Shown one piece after another: positions 11,406 to 24,407 of a stretch of 64,000 bases of DNA. The stretch lies in assembly GCF_963921235.1 (NCBI RefSeq), contig NC_086123.1, positions 18,228,001 to 18,292,000 of the forward strand. Direction: 5' to 3'. Each line of letters begins with the position of its first letter. Position 1 is the first letter of the stretch. Below the pieces are notes generated by a model. That model was not told the origin of the DNA. It was given only the letters and a program-made list of their open reading frames with translations, and did not search any database. The position numbers and the translations under genes are program-made. The DNA comes from Mobula hypostoma (taxonomy: Eukaryota).

Positions 11406-11795
11406 TTTTTTAAATTTCAAAATATACTTTATTCAAAAATAAATATATACAATAAACCATTCAATAACTTTTCATCCTTTACACACGTTTCCATTATAGT
11501 CAGTACATATCCGTATTTATAGCCACCCACGTGGCACTCCAGTAGTTCAGCTTACCATATCATTGTTGAGGGGTATACTCCCCGCCCACCGACCCCTCCC
11601 ACTCCCACGGGTGGAGAAACCTATACCGTGGTCCTTCCCCACCGGGTCCTTGCGGTGACTGCACCGAGTTTCAGTGCGTCCCTCAGCACGTACTCCTGCA
11701 GCCGAGAATGTGCCAGTCGGCAGCATTCTCCCACGGACATCTCCATGTGCTGGTAGATCATCAAGTTTCGGGCCGACCAAAGAGAGTCTTTCACC
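11406..11795 (-). mobile_element. Tx1-like LINE 3' end nested in the Penelope RT
   Basis: T-run tail at 11405-11411 and GAAT duplicated at 11402-11405 and 11796-11799. The ORF ends KDSLWSARN..CCRLAHSRLQEYVLRD..RWG. The sequence is absent from the other Penelope arm (about 12385). Confidence 0.8.
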
Positions 11796-12243
11796 GAATA
11801 GGCACGGAACATAGATTGTTCCACAAAGCCAACAAAAAGGCAGGCATAGCTAGGACCCATACGGGTGCCCATAGCTACACCTTTAGTTTGGAGGAAGTGG
11901 GAGGAGACAAAGGGGAAATTATTAAGAGTAAGGACTAATTCCACTAGACGGTGCAGAGTGGTGGTAGAGGGGAACTGATTAGGTCTGGAATCCAAAAAGA
12001 AGCGTAGAGCTTTGAGACCTTCCTGATGGGGGATGGAAGTATATAGGGACTGGACATCCATGGTGAAAATAAAGCGGTGGGGGCCAGGGAACTTAAAATC
12101 ATCGAAAAGTTTAAGAGCGTGAGAAGTGTCACGAACATAGGTAGGAAGGGATTGAACAAGGGGCGATAAAACCGTGTCGAGGTATGCAGAAACGAGTTCG
12201 GTGGGGCAGGAGCAAGCTGAGACAACAGGTCGGCAAGGAGGTA

Positions 12244-13910
12244 ATTAGCCCTTACTCTTAATAATTAATCCTTTGGCTTCTCCCACTTCCTCCAAACTAA
12301 AGGTGTAGCTATGGGCACCCGTATGGGTCGTAGCTATGCCTGCCTTTTTGTTGGCTTTGTGGAACAATCTATGTTCCGTGCCTATTCTAGTATCTGTACC
12401 CCACTTTTCCTTCGCTACATCGACGACTGCATTGGCACTGCTTCCCGCACGCATGCAGAGCTCGTTGATTTTATTAACTTTGCCTCCAACTTTCACCCTG
12501 CCCTCAAGTTTACCTGGTCCATTTCCGACACCTCCCTCCCCTTTCTAGATCTTTCTGTCTCTGTCTCTGGAGACAGCTTATCCACTGATGTTTACTATAA
12601 GCCTACTGACTCTCACAGCTATCTGGACTATTCCTCTTCTCACCCTGTCTCTTGCAAAAACGCCATCCCCTTCTCGCAATTCCTCCGTCTCCGGCGCATC
12701 TGCTCTCAGGATGAGGCTTTTCATTCTAGGACGAGGGAGATGTCTTCCTTCTTTAAAGAAAGGGGTTTCCCTTCCTCCACTATCAACTCTGCTCTTAAAC
12801 GCATCTCCCCTATTTCACGTAATCTGCTCTCACTCCATCCTCATGCCACCCCACTAGGAATAGGGTTCCCCTGGGCCTCATCTACCACCCCACCAGCCTC
12901 CGGGTCCAACATATTATTCTCCGTAACTTCCGCCACCTCCAACGGGATCCCACCACTAAGCACATCTTTCCCTCCACCCCCTCTGCATTCCGCAGCGATC
13001 GCTCCCTACGTGACTCCCTTGTCCATTCGTACCCCCCCATCCCTCCCCACTGATCTCCCTCCTGGCACTTATCCGTGTAAGCGGAACAAGTGCTACACAT
13101 GCCCTTACACTTCCTCCCTTACCACCATTCAGGGCACCAAACAGTCCTTCCAGGTGAGGCAACACTTCACCTGTGAGTCGGCTGGGGTGATATACTGCAT
13201 CCGGTGCTCCCGATGTGGCCTTTTATATATTGGCGAGACCCGACTGCAGACTGGGAGACCGCTTTGCTGAACACCTACGCTCTGTCCGCCAGAGAAAGCA
13301 GGATCTCCCAGTGGCCACACATTTTAATTCCACATCCCATTCCCATTCTGACATGTCTATCCACGGCCTCCTCTACTGTAAAGATGAAGCCACACTCAGG
13401 TTGGAGGAACAACACCTTATATTCCGTCTAGGTAGCCTCCAACCTGATGGCATGAACATCGACTTCTCTAACTTCCGCTAATGCCCCACCTCCGCCTCGT
13501 ACCCCATCTGTTACTTACTTTTATACACATATTCTTTCTCTCACTCTCCTTTTTCTCCCTCTGTCCCTCTGAATATACCCCTTGCCCATCCTCTGGATGC
13601 CCCCCCCTTGTCGTTCTTCCCGGACCTCCTGTCCCATGATCCTCTCGTATCCCTTTTGCCTATCACTTGTCCAGCTCTTGGCTCCATCCCTCCCCCTCCT
13701 GTCTTCTCCTATCATTTTGGATCTCCCCCTCCCCCTCCAACTTTCAAATCCCTTACTCACTCTTCCTTCAGTTAGTCCTGACGAAGGGTCTCGGCCTGAA
13801 ACGTCGACTGCACCTCTTCCTAGAGACGCTGCCTGGCCTGCTGCGTTCACCAGCAACTTGTATGTGTGTTGCTTGAATTTCCAGCATCTGCAGAATTCCT
13901 GTTGTTTGCG
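12244..13910 (+). mobile_element. Penelope-like element, 5'-truncated, right arm of the inverted insertion
   Basis: RT FLRYIDD motif and GIY-YIG with frameshifts (12311-13481), followed by the pLTR. The composite 9911-13910 is flanked by TTGTTAA(G/C)ATCCGAG at 9896-9910 and 13911-13925. Confidence 0.92.
13774..13809 (+). ncRNA. Minimal type I hammerhead ribozyme with intact core
   Basis: AGTC-CTGACGA-AGGGTCTCGGCCT-GAAA-CGTC-GACT: stem I is AGTC/GACT, the core is CUGANGA plus GAAA, stem III is the palindrome ACGU and the cleavage triplet is GUC. Confidence 0.85.
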
Positions 13911-13969
13911 TTGTTAACATCCGAGTTTTGGTGCACCAACATTTTCAGAATTGATCAATTTCTGCGTTC

Positions 13970-16900
13970 AGAATATTTTTGTGATTGCTACTTTAACCTG
14001 TCTTAATAAGTAGTTTTAAAATGGATCAAAGTATTAATTTATTTAGTTTTAACGTGGAAGGGCTAAATCACACCATGAAAAGAAATAAGATTTTTGCCTA
14101 TATTAAAAAACTTAAGGTTCCAGTTGTTTGTCTTCAAGAAACCCATATATGTAAGTGCGACAATTCATGCCTTTTTAATCGATGCAGAGAGCCTCATTTC
14201 CATTCCTCATTTCAGGCCAAAGCTAGAGGTGTTTCTATTCTTATAGATAATAAAGTTCCTTTTTTTCAACATAAAGTCATTTCTGAAACTAATGGGCATT
14301 TTGTTATAGTATCAGGAAAATTAAATAACAAATTAATGGTATTTCCAAATGTCTATGCTCCGAATATAGATGACCCAGTTTTCTTTGCAAGTTATTTTCT
14401 ATTTTTGCCAGATCTAAGTCTGTACTCATTGGTGATGGGTGGAGACGTTAATTGTTGCTTAGATCCAGTTTTAGATCGTTCATCTTCTAAACTAATGATA
14501 CCAAATAAATCAGCTGTGTTTATTAAAACTTTTTTAAAGAAATGTGGTATTATTGATGATTGGCGTATTTTTTTCATCCAGTAGACAAGGAATATTCATT
14601 TTTCTCTCATGTCCATCATACATATTCCAGGATTGATTTTTTTTTATTGATAGCCAAATGATTCCATTAGTTCGATCCTGTGTATACAAAGAGATTGCTG
14701 TTTCAGATCACGCTCCTGTGTTTCTATCTTTAAATCTCCCTGGTCTTCTTCAAACAAATAGATTTTGGCGATTTAATCTAACATTGTTATCTCATAAAGA
14801 TTTTTTTAAATTTATGGAGAGACAAGTTACTTTTTTTTTGAAGAGAATACATTAGAGGAGACTTCTAGTCTTATCAGATGGAATGCCTTTAAGGCGTATC
14901 TTATAGGACAAATTATTTCTTATACTGCAAGTATTAGGAAAAAAGCTAATACAGAGAGAAGTGATTTAGCTAATCAGCTGAAACAGTCAGACCAAGAGTA
15001 TGCCTTGGCTACAGAACCTGCCTAATACAAGAGATGTGCTGAAATTAAAACTAAATATTATCTCCTTTTAACTTATCCAATTGAAGCCCAATTCCTAAAT
15101 GAAAAAAGTTAATTTTATATTCATGGAGATAAAACAGGTAAATTATTGGCTGATCAAATTAAAACTTTTACAGCTAAACAACAGATTAAAGAAATATGCA
15201 AAGCTAATGGTGATAGGAGGACTGATTATTTAGAAATAAATGATACTTTAAGAGAAATTTACTCTAAACCTTATAGTCCTGAATCTTCTAAGGATAACAC
15301 TGTAATGAACATTTTTCATATCAACTAAACATTCCTACATTTTCTGCTGACAACGGGAAGTTGTTGGAACAACCAATTTCTTTTTTGAGGAAATTGCCGA
15401 GGCTGTAGGCTCATTACGTTTGAGGAAAGCTCCAGGTCCAGATGGATTTTCTGGAGAATTTTACAGGACCTTTTCCTCATCGCTTATACCTCATTTATGT
15501 TCAGTTTTTTTGAATTCATTTAAGTTGGGCAGACTCCCTCAATCTTTTTATGAGGCTTCCATTTCTCTTATTCTTAAGAAGAAATAGGATCCAACTGAAT
15601 CCTCTTCTTATACACCAATCTCTTTACATAATGTTTATACTAAGATCCTATCCAAAGTTTTGGCCCATAGAATTGAAAATATTTTACCATCTGTCATCTC
15701 TGATAACCAAACTGGATTTATCAAATATCAATATTCTCACTTTAATATTAGTCGGATATTAAATGTTATTTATCCTCCTTCTAATATGATATCAGAATGT
15801 AGGGTATCGCTAGATGCTGAGAAAGCTTTCTACAGGGTTGAATGGAATTATTTATTTAAAACTTTAGCAAAATGCAACTTTAGACCCGTTTTCCTTCAAT
15901 GGATTAAAATACTTTATTTAGCTCCTTCCGCTAGGGTTATCACTAATTCTCATAATTCCAAAGCATTTAAGCTTCAACGTGGCACTAGACAAAGCTGTCC
16001 ATTGAGCCCTTTGCTTTTTGATCTGGCCTTAGAACCCTTAGCCATTGCCTTTCGAGAATCTAATGATATCACCGGTATTTTAAGCAGAGACACTATTCAT
16101 AAAGTCTCGCTGTATGCTGAAGATTTGCTGCTATTTATTTCTAATGTTGAGACTTCATTACCTCATCTGCTTTCTGTACTTTCCTTTTTTAGCCAGTTCT
16201 CAGGTTATAAATTAAACCTATATTAAAGTGAACTTTTTCCTTTGAACAATTTGATACCAACAAATTAGAACCTTCCTTTTAAAATTGTAAGAAACCAATT
16301 TACCTACTGAGGTGTAACAATCACTAAAAACTGAAAGAGCCTCTTTAAGGAAAATTTTCTTACCCTATTGAATCACGTAAAACGGATACTATCAAATTGG
16401 TCGCCTCTTTCACTATCACTGATTGGTCAAATCAACTCTATCAAAATGAATATATTACCTAAATTTATATATCTTTTTCAGGCTTTGCCAGTTTTTACTC
16501 CTAAATCCATTTTTGATTCCATTGACTTTATTATATCTTCTTATATCGAGAAGAATAAGCGTTCTAGTTCAGTTTCAGGGTTCTGGGAATACACATCTCA
16601 GAAGACCTTACATGGTCCACTAACACCACAACAGTAGTTAAGAAAGCACAGCAATGCTTGTTTTTCCTCAGGACGCTGAAGAAAGCTGGTCTACCTGAAC
16701 AGACGCTGGTGACCTTTTACCACTGCACCATAGAGAGCATCTTAACATACTGCATCTCTGTGTGGTATCTCAGTTGTACAGCAGCTGATAGGAAATCACT
16801 TCAGTGGGTCATCTCTAGCACACAGAAGATCATCGGGACACAACTCCCAGCCCTGGAGGACACCCACAGCTCACACTGCCTAAGGAAAGCTACAAGCATC

Positions 16901-18764
16901 TGTAAGGACAATACACACCCATGTAATCATCTGTTTGAACTTCTTCCATCTGGCAGACGTTATAAGATTTTCTATGCCCGCACTTCTAAACTGAAAAACA
17001 GCTTTTTCCCCAGAGCTATAATTGCTCTGAACCAATCGATCAAGCATCATCCATAAATTTGTTATATTGCTACTTTAATACTGGTTTTATGGTTGTCAGG
17101 TATCTGAGTTGTGCTTTTGTACTGCTGGGCATTGCTTCTACTGGCTGGTTACTCGACTTTAATAATTGCTTATTTATTTTATTTGTTGCTTTTAGCATTG
17201 AGTACTTAAGTTACAAACTCATTTTCGCTGTATTGGTGCATGACAAATTATACTACGCAATGACAATAAAGATATCTCATTTCATTTCTAGATTAAACAA
17301 AATTCATCTTCACAAAGATAAAAAGAATGGAGGATTAGCCTTACCAAACTTTAGATTTTATTATTGGGCAGTTAATATAAGTAATCTTACTTTCTGGTTA
17401 TATTACATAAATCATGAGGATTGCCCGATGTGGGTTTTTTGAGAAGCTAACTCTGCTAATTAATTCTTTATTATTTCTCGTCTTGGATCCACACTCCCTT
17501 TGTCTTTGAGTAAATTAACTGATAATCTGGTAGTTAAACACACTATGTGAATTTGGATACAATTTCGAAAATACTTTGGCTTATTCAGATTTTCTTTTTC
17601 GAGTCCCATTTTTTCTAAGTAATTATTTAAACTCTGTATGATTGATATGGCTTTTACAGAATGAGATAGATTAGGTATTAAATGTTTTCAGGATTTGTTT
17701 GTAGAGGCAAGTCTTTTTTCATTTGAACAACTTTCAACTAAATTTAGTTTATCCAAAACTCACTTTTTCGATACCTACAAATAAGAGGTTTCTTACGGTC
17801 TCAAATAAGTACATTTCCTAAAAGTTCTGATAAGAATCTACCAGATGTAATCTTTAATTTGAAACCATTTTACAATGGATTTATATCTAATATTTATAAT
17901 ATGCTGCTGGGAATGAGAAGACTTCCTTTAGATAAAATTAAAAAATCTTTGGGAACAAGATTTACAGACTTCAATTTCTCAGAAAACTTGGAATCAAATT
18001 TTTTAATTGGTTAACACCTCATCGTTATGTGCTCGCCACTCACATCGACAATTTAAAGTGGTCCATAGGGCCCATATGACTAAGGATCAGTTGTCGTTTT
18101 TATTTGGATATATCTCCGTATTGTGATAAATCTAATAATGGAGAAGCTTCACTCATTCATATGTTTTGGACATGCCCAAGTTTTGAAAAATTTTGGAAAG
18201 AAGTATTTCAAACTTACTCAATACTTTTAAACTAAACTTTAAGCCTCATCCTTTGACTGCTTTATTTGGTATTGTTGGAGGAAAGGATATTATTTTGGAG
18301 TCATCTGACTTGCACATTTTGGCTTTTATGTCTCTTATGGCCAGAAGGACGCTTTTGCTTAAATGGAAAGATGCGGCCCCTCCTATTCACGCCCAATGGT
18401 TACATGATGTGATGTCATGTTTAAATTTAGAGAACATTCAATGTTCAATCTCTGAATCTACTCAGGACTTTCAAACATTGTGGGGATCTTTTCTGAATTA
18501 TTTTCAAAACCTTTGATTTGCTGTTAATGCATAGATGCTGATTAGTATTTTGTTTTCTTTTTTTCTTTACTAATCAGTTTCGGACTTGGTACTGGGTTAG
18601 ATTTTTTAAATATAATAAATATTACTATTTATCAATGTTACAAATTAATTAACTTGTATGAATATAGGGTAAGGAGTCTTTATATGTGGTTTAGTATAAT
18701 GTATTGATATTTTTTCTGTACTCTATTCTCAAATGTACACTAATTCATAAAAATATTGAAAAAA
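13970..18764 (+). mobile_element. Decayed L1-clade LINE (ORF2: APE endonuclease, RT, C-terminal domain), no ORF1
   Basis: SFNVEGL..CLQETH..NVYAPN..GGDVN..SDHAP endonuclease motifs; SLDAEKAF, GTRQSCPLSPLLF and YAED RT motifs. There are many stops and an A-rich 3' end abutting GPCR TM2 sequence. Confidence 0.93.
16568..17285 (+). mobile_element. Rex1/Babar-like LINE 3' fragment nested in the L1
   Basis: LGIHISEDLTW..VKKAQQ.LFFLR.LKK..FY.CTIESILTYCISVWY motif, AATAAA plus (CATTT)n tail, and TTCTAG duplicated on both sides. Confidence 0.8.
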
Positions 18765-18979
18765 GAAAACGTAGACAGCACATTAAACAGAGTGTCCGCA
18801 ATCAGGAGATTCAGTGACTACACAATACTTGGTTTCCGCGACTTCACATGAACGCAAAAGATCCACAAAGCAATCGTATTTCCAGCAAGCCCGAGGATTA
18901 ATGTGATGACAATTACGGGTGGGTTGTGGGCCGAGTTAACATCTTCACCAGGAGCGCATTGTGGGGTCGAGTTTGCCAT
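18765..18979 (-). pseudogene. HCAR-like pseudogene B1: 5' remnant, rest deleted
   Basis: MANSTPQCAPGEDVNSAHNPPVIVITLILGLAGN..KPSIV* with a premature TAG and a frameshift, cut by the L1 in TM2. At about 13968 the gene's 3' flank is fused directly to L1 sequence. Confidence 0.92.
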
Positions 18980-19414
18980 TGTGCAAAAAGGTGGTCACAC
19001 AGTCAAGATGTTTCAGAGGGGAGCATACTGATTCGGAGAGAAACAACCTTACAAGCTGATCTTCTTTGAATGAGTTTGTTCTCCTGTGGGTGTTGTATAT
19101 GGGCGGAGTAAATTAGGCAGAGATGTCCGATGAAATCACCAAGTTCCGGGAAATCCAGAGGCACAAGCATTCAGATTAAGGAGCAGACAATGAAATATAT
19201 CTGATTGTCACATTTCTTCCCCAATCTGAAGTTTCGTTTAAACAACAACTGAACCCCATGACTATGACTGTATGTTTTCATGCATTGAGTTTCTGACACA
19301 TGAACAATGAGGTTCAAGAACAGTTACTACCCACCAACCATCAGGCTCTTGAACAAAAGAGGACAACTACACCGATTCTGTTTCTGTTGTTCCCACAATC
19401 AAATGCTCTCACTT

Positions 19415-21023
19415 CGTCCTGACCAAGGGTCTCAACCAGAAACGTTGACTGTACTTCTTCCTATAGATGCGGCCTGGCCTGCTGTGTTCCACCAGCATTT
19501 TGCTGGAATTTCCAGCATCTGCAGATTTTCTCGTGTTTGCGTTTGTAAATTCACTACTGCGAAGCCTCTTCCAGGGATGCCTACACTGAAGAAGTTTAAA
19601 TCTGCTCTTCGACGGGAGTTTAGTGAAACCCTCTCTCACTGTTCCCCATCTGTAATTTCTTCGGCCCTTCAACTTTTCGACCACACGCTCACTCAGACCC
19701 GCTATTATAGCCATATATCCTTCCTAGGAACATGTCTCTGCCGCAAACTTACTGAGTTGGATTCAAGGTTTGTTTCCGAGCCTCCCAACTTGGATCTTCT
19801 GAGGAACCCAGGTCCTCACATTTAATTGACTCTGCCTCCCGGTGCTTCTCCCGCCGAGCTCTGAGGGCGACACTCTCCGCCATGAGGAGGTACCTGGCGT
19901 CCCTATCCCAGTCCCTTCCACACCTCCGAGACACTTTCTTCACCGTTTGTAATAGACCTGCCCGTTACTTTATCCTCCGTCGGACTTTGTCACGTCCTGC
20001 AAGATCCCGGAGCCTGCCAACACTAGCAGGCGTGAACTTCAGACCCCGGCTCCCGCCGTCAATCTCGGCAGCTCTACCAACCCAGAGCAAATTCAGAACC
20101 CGGACTCCATCACCATCCATGCGGGTTCCAACAAGCATGGACACCTTCAAAACCATTGCGCAGCCTCCAACTGCGACTCCAGCCTTGAACTCCAGGCCGG
20201 GTCTTCACGTGCTGCTATTGGAACTCCCATCTCCCCATTCTCCACCACCACTCTGCAACCCCGTCTCCCTCAGACCCTATCGTCAGCTCCTGGGACCTTA
20301 GAGACTGCATCCACCACTCACTCCAACCCTCCCCTCTCCACTGCCGCTACCAACCACCCACCCCCCACTGATCCCAGCTCTCATCCGAACAGGGTCTTCA
20401 CCATCCCCTCCGACCTTCCACTCTCTGAGGCAGAGCGCTCTGTCCTCAGTAAGGGCCTCACCTATGTCTCCCTGCGCCCACACCTCAGCGAGTTCCGCGT
20501 ACGCCATAACGTTAAACTCTTCTTCCGCCGGCTCCGTCTCCGAGCTTATTTCTTCGCCAACAACTCTCCTACCCCCACTGATAACCCCCTGTCCTGTCTT
20601 CAACCCTCCTCCTCTTCTGGACACCCCGCTCTGGCCTTCTGCCTGCTCTGGATCTTTTTATTGCTAACTGCCGACGGAACATCAACCGTCTCGACTTCAC
20701 CACACCTTGTTCCAATTCCAACATCACTCCTTCCGAACGCTCTGTTCTCCATTCCCTCCGCACCAATCCTAACCTTACCATAAAATCCGCTGATAAGGGG
20801 GGTGCTGTAGTAGTCTGGCGTACTGACCGCTACCTTGCCGAGGCACAGCGACAACTCGCTGATACCTCCTCTTATTTACCCCTTGAACATGACCCCGCTA
20901 AGGAGCACCAGGCCATTGTCTCCCACACCGTCCTGACGAAGGGTCTCGAAAACGTTGACTGTACTTCTTCCTATAGATGCTGCCTGGCCTGCTGCTTTCC
21001 ACCAGCATTTTGTGTGTGTTGCA
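19415..21023 (+). mobile_element. Internally deleted Penelope-like element with direct pLTRs, 8-bp TSD TCTCACTT
   Basis: pLTRs start at 19415 and 20929. Between them are the N-terminal ORF region and the start of the RT (TIKSADKGGAVVVW). The TSD is at 19407-19414 and 21024-21031, and the empty site is at about 47312. Both hammerhead motifs are damaged. Confidence 0.85.
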
Positions 21024-23111
21024 TCTCACTTTAAGCACACTCTACCTTGTTATTTCATGTTCGTCTTATTTACTGCTCGTTATTTAGATTTGCATTTGCA
21101 CCGTTTCTTGTTCGTTGATCCTGCTTACAGTTACTGATCTATAGATTTACCGCATGCCCGCATGGAAAAGAGTCCCAGGGTTGTACATGGTGGCATGTCT
21201 GTACTCTAAAAATCAATTTTACTTTTAAAATTGAACTTTTGAACTTTGAACATGATTGCCTGATTGGATAATTATCGAGCTGGTGGGCAGGTGTGCTTCA
21301 TAAAATGGCCACTATTGGGATTCAGGTAAAAGTCTGTAATGGCCACTGGCCACTATGAATGAAAGGCTCCTGCAGGTACACTACCTGCTGACCGGAATTC
21401 CTGGGAGTTCTGTTGATGTCCACTTAGATAAAGATTGAAGATGATGGATTCCAAAGGGTCTCCCAGGTATCAGAGCAGACCTGCTGTCAGATAATTTAAC
21501 CACTGGAGGCGCTAGTCTGGTGAAGATCAGAGGCACCAAGCTTTATCACTCGGACTTATTTCATAATTTATTAGCATAATTTACATATTACTATTTAGCT
21601 ATTTATTGTTCTATTACTATTTATTATTTATGGTGCAACTATAACGAAAACCAATTTCCCCCGGATCAATAAAGTGTGACTACTGCTACTACTACTACGA
21701 CTGCTGCTTCTATCAGGTTCCCCCTATAGCAGGTGAGTTATTCTGCCGAGCCTCCCAGTGCTCATGCTGAGAAATACAAAACGAATTCAAGTCTTTGTGT
21801 CCTAATGCTCAGACAATCCTTCATTGCCACCTCAATTTCTACTTCACTTCAATCCTTCAGTCTTCCTCCAATCTTGCTGCCGTCACTGCGGACACGTCTG
21901 CCTCATTCAACAAATATGAATAACCACGCCGACTTTGTGAAACCCTGGCCAACGGCTACTCAAAGTACAGAAGGCACATTGAGGATGGAACTGAGAAGCC
22001 CATGCCCATACTTCAGAAACGCAGGAAAGAGCTGCGTTATCAGTAGGAGGAGCAGACCACCTCACCTACACCCACTCCACACCCTGTCATTCTGCTCATC
22101 TGTGGAAAACCATAAAACCATCAAAAGCTATTGGATCAGAACTAGGCTAATCGGACCAGCGAGTCTGCTCCACTACTTAATCATGGCTGAGTTTCTGTTT
22201 CCAACTCCAGTCTCCCAACTTCATCCTATAACCCTTAAAACCCCCTTAACAACCAAGAAACTATAAATCTTGTCTAAAGTACACTCAATGATTTGGCCCC
22301 AAACGCCCTATATGACAATGAATTCCACAGACTCCCCACACTCAGGCTGCGGAAATTTCTCATCTCATTTCGAAAGAGATGACCCTTTATTCTGGGGATG
22401 TGCCCTCGGATCCTAGACCTCTGGATCCTTGGATCCTCCCCCACTAATGGAAACATCCTCTGCACATCTACATTATCAGGTTTTGTGGTTCCTCACATTG
22501 AGATGACTAATTACCTCAGAATGGAAAAAAAATGCATCTAGAGGAACAGACAGGAGTGGATAATGATCCTTATCTGAACAACTGGACATATTGCACCCTG
22601 CGTGCATTTAATATTTTGTAATAGTTGAGTACTCTTGTATATAGATTGCTTAATTAAGGATTCTTGTTATAATTAGTTTAAATTTCTATGGAAATTACGT
22701 TATTTGGACACGTCATCACATGATACGGGCAGTCATCGCTTGAAGTAAAAGAACAAAGTTTAAAACTCACATCTCTTGGCTCTTGTTTTCTTTTGAGTCA
22801 GTTTAAGGTTTTGGAGCTACAAAACATAACCCAGGGCCCTCGGGCCACAGTCGATCATGGTGCTTGTAATGTGGTGAGGCAGTTCAGTCTATCTTAAAGT
22901 CATTCACTGATGCACTGTTGCCCTACTCAGAATAATAAATACCTGTTAGCTCAATTTCAGGGTTCAGGTGAATTTTGGGCAGGTATATGGATGGTAGGCA
23001 AATGGAGGGCTATGGACCCGGTGAAGGCCAATGAGAGTAGGCAGTTTAAATGGTTTGGTACGGACTAGATCGGCCAAAGGACCTGTTTCTGTACTGTACT
23101 TTCCCTTGATG

Positions 23112-23255
23112 CTAAGATTTTACATGAAAATAAAATATCTAGAAAGCAGTTGTATTTCTGACTAGTCCTAGGATGATTGTTATAATAAATACTGGTGGTC
23201 TGTGAGCAGGATTGACGACCTCACTAGAGACACATTGCTGGGCCGATTTCTCCAT
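23112..23255 (-). pseudogene. Ancient HCAR-like paralog remnant (N-terminus/TM1)
   Basis: Homologous to 7885-8028; ATG at 23255. Confidence 0.8.
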
Positions 23256-23907
23256 TGTCAAAAGAAAACTTTTATTCAAAGATAATCATATGTGCATACA
23301 GCAAAGTTCAGAGCATCAAAATTCAGAATTCAAAATTTTCCAATATTGCCACCAGAATGCATAAGATTATTGTACGGAAATACATCCGGCTTTGTAATCG
23401 GAACTTTGCATGTCATACCATAGAAATGTATAATACTTCATTTCGATATTAAGTACATAAACCATTTGTATGGTTCTATCAAAACCATTAAACTTTATTC
23501 GCTATTCAGAGTTCACTCCTAATTCTGTTGAAATGCAAATTCTCTACATGAATGAAAATTGTCCAATTGGAAACTCACCCTACTCCAGCTCCCATCACAA
23601 ACTGGTAAATTGGTCCAGCAGGTGTCCTCAATGAGATGAGCAGAATAGTATTCAAATCCATCTCATTGATTATACAGCATTGCTCTTCCATGCACTTTAC
23701 GTGACAGAGGTCAGTGAGACAACAGTATCCCAGAGTAGATTTTCTGTTACCACAAAGATCTGCTGAATGAAGCTTAAAAGTTATTTCTGCTCTCCTTCAT
23801 GCAGCCTGGACATGGTTTACCATGGTTGTAGGAGGAGAGGCAGCAATAGTTCCACGCAACACACTCTATCATGGTGTTTAAGTTCATGTGAGTAATCGGA
23901 GAATGAC

Positions 23908-24182
23908 ACCTCACGTTGAGCGGGACCCTTTCCCGCCTGGTCTCCCGAGGCCAGGGTCCGACCACCACAGCGGGTGGTGGTGCAGCCGGATCCCCTCCAC
24001 ATCCCCGCGCCCTCCCTACACCCACCCTAATAGGATCGGGACCAGAGCCCCCAGCAGCCAGGAGCACCCAGCCTGGATGAGCCCAGACCCCGTCCCCTCC
24101 ACAGTTCCCGGTAAAAGCGGCGTAGTTCCCTCAGAGCATCACGTCATCCAGGATCCGCGTGCCCTCCTGCCAAAATAAAATA
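23908..24182 (-). mobile_element. Tx1-like fragment, 3' tail deleted (duplicate at 30424-30698)
   Basis: Matches 886-1160. Confidence 0.7.
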
Positions 24183-24407
24183 GGGAACCCATGCTTTAAA
24201 GACAGCGTTTCTTAATAAACAACCTTTGAAATAAACTTACTTTATGTAGATAAGATGCAGTATCTTCTCTACATATAAAGGGAAGTGTATTTCAGAACTT
24301 GTTACTTAAGCTCGACTTATCTCGCACCAACATTTTCAGAATTGATCAATTTCTGCGTCCGGTCGCACTTATCAGCTTTACTTTGATCACGTAACAATAA
24401 AGAGCAT

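Larger units (their letters stand above)
9911..12240 (-). mobile_element. Penelope-like element, 5'-truncated, left arm of an inverted insertion (RT + GIY-YIG + pLTR)
   Basis: RT motifs MDVQSLYTSIP and GVAMGTRMGPSYA; GIY-YIG endonuclease VIYCIRC..C...YIGET.R.L..RF.EH (10306-11049). The pLTR carries a hammerhead motif. Confidence 0.92.

Noticed and set aside
10306-13481. Autonomous Penelope element or domesticated GIY-YIG gene
   Set aside because: Both arms are 5'-truncated; one is interrupted by a LINE and the other is frameshifted.
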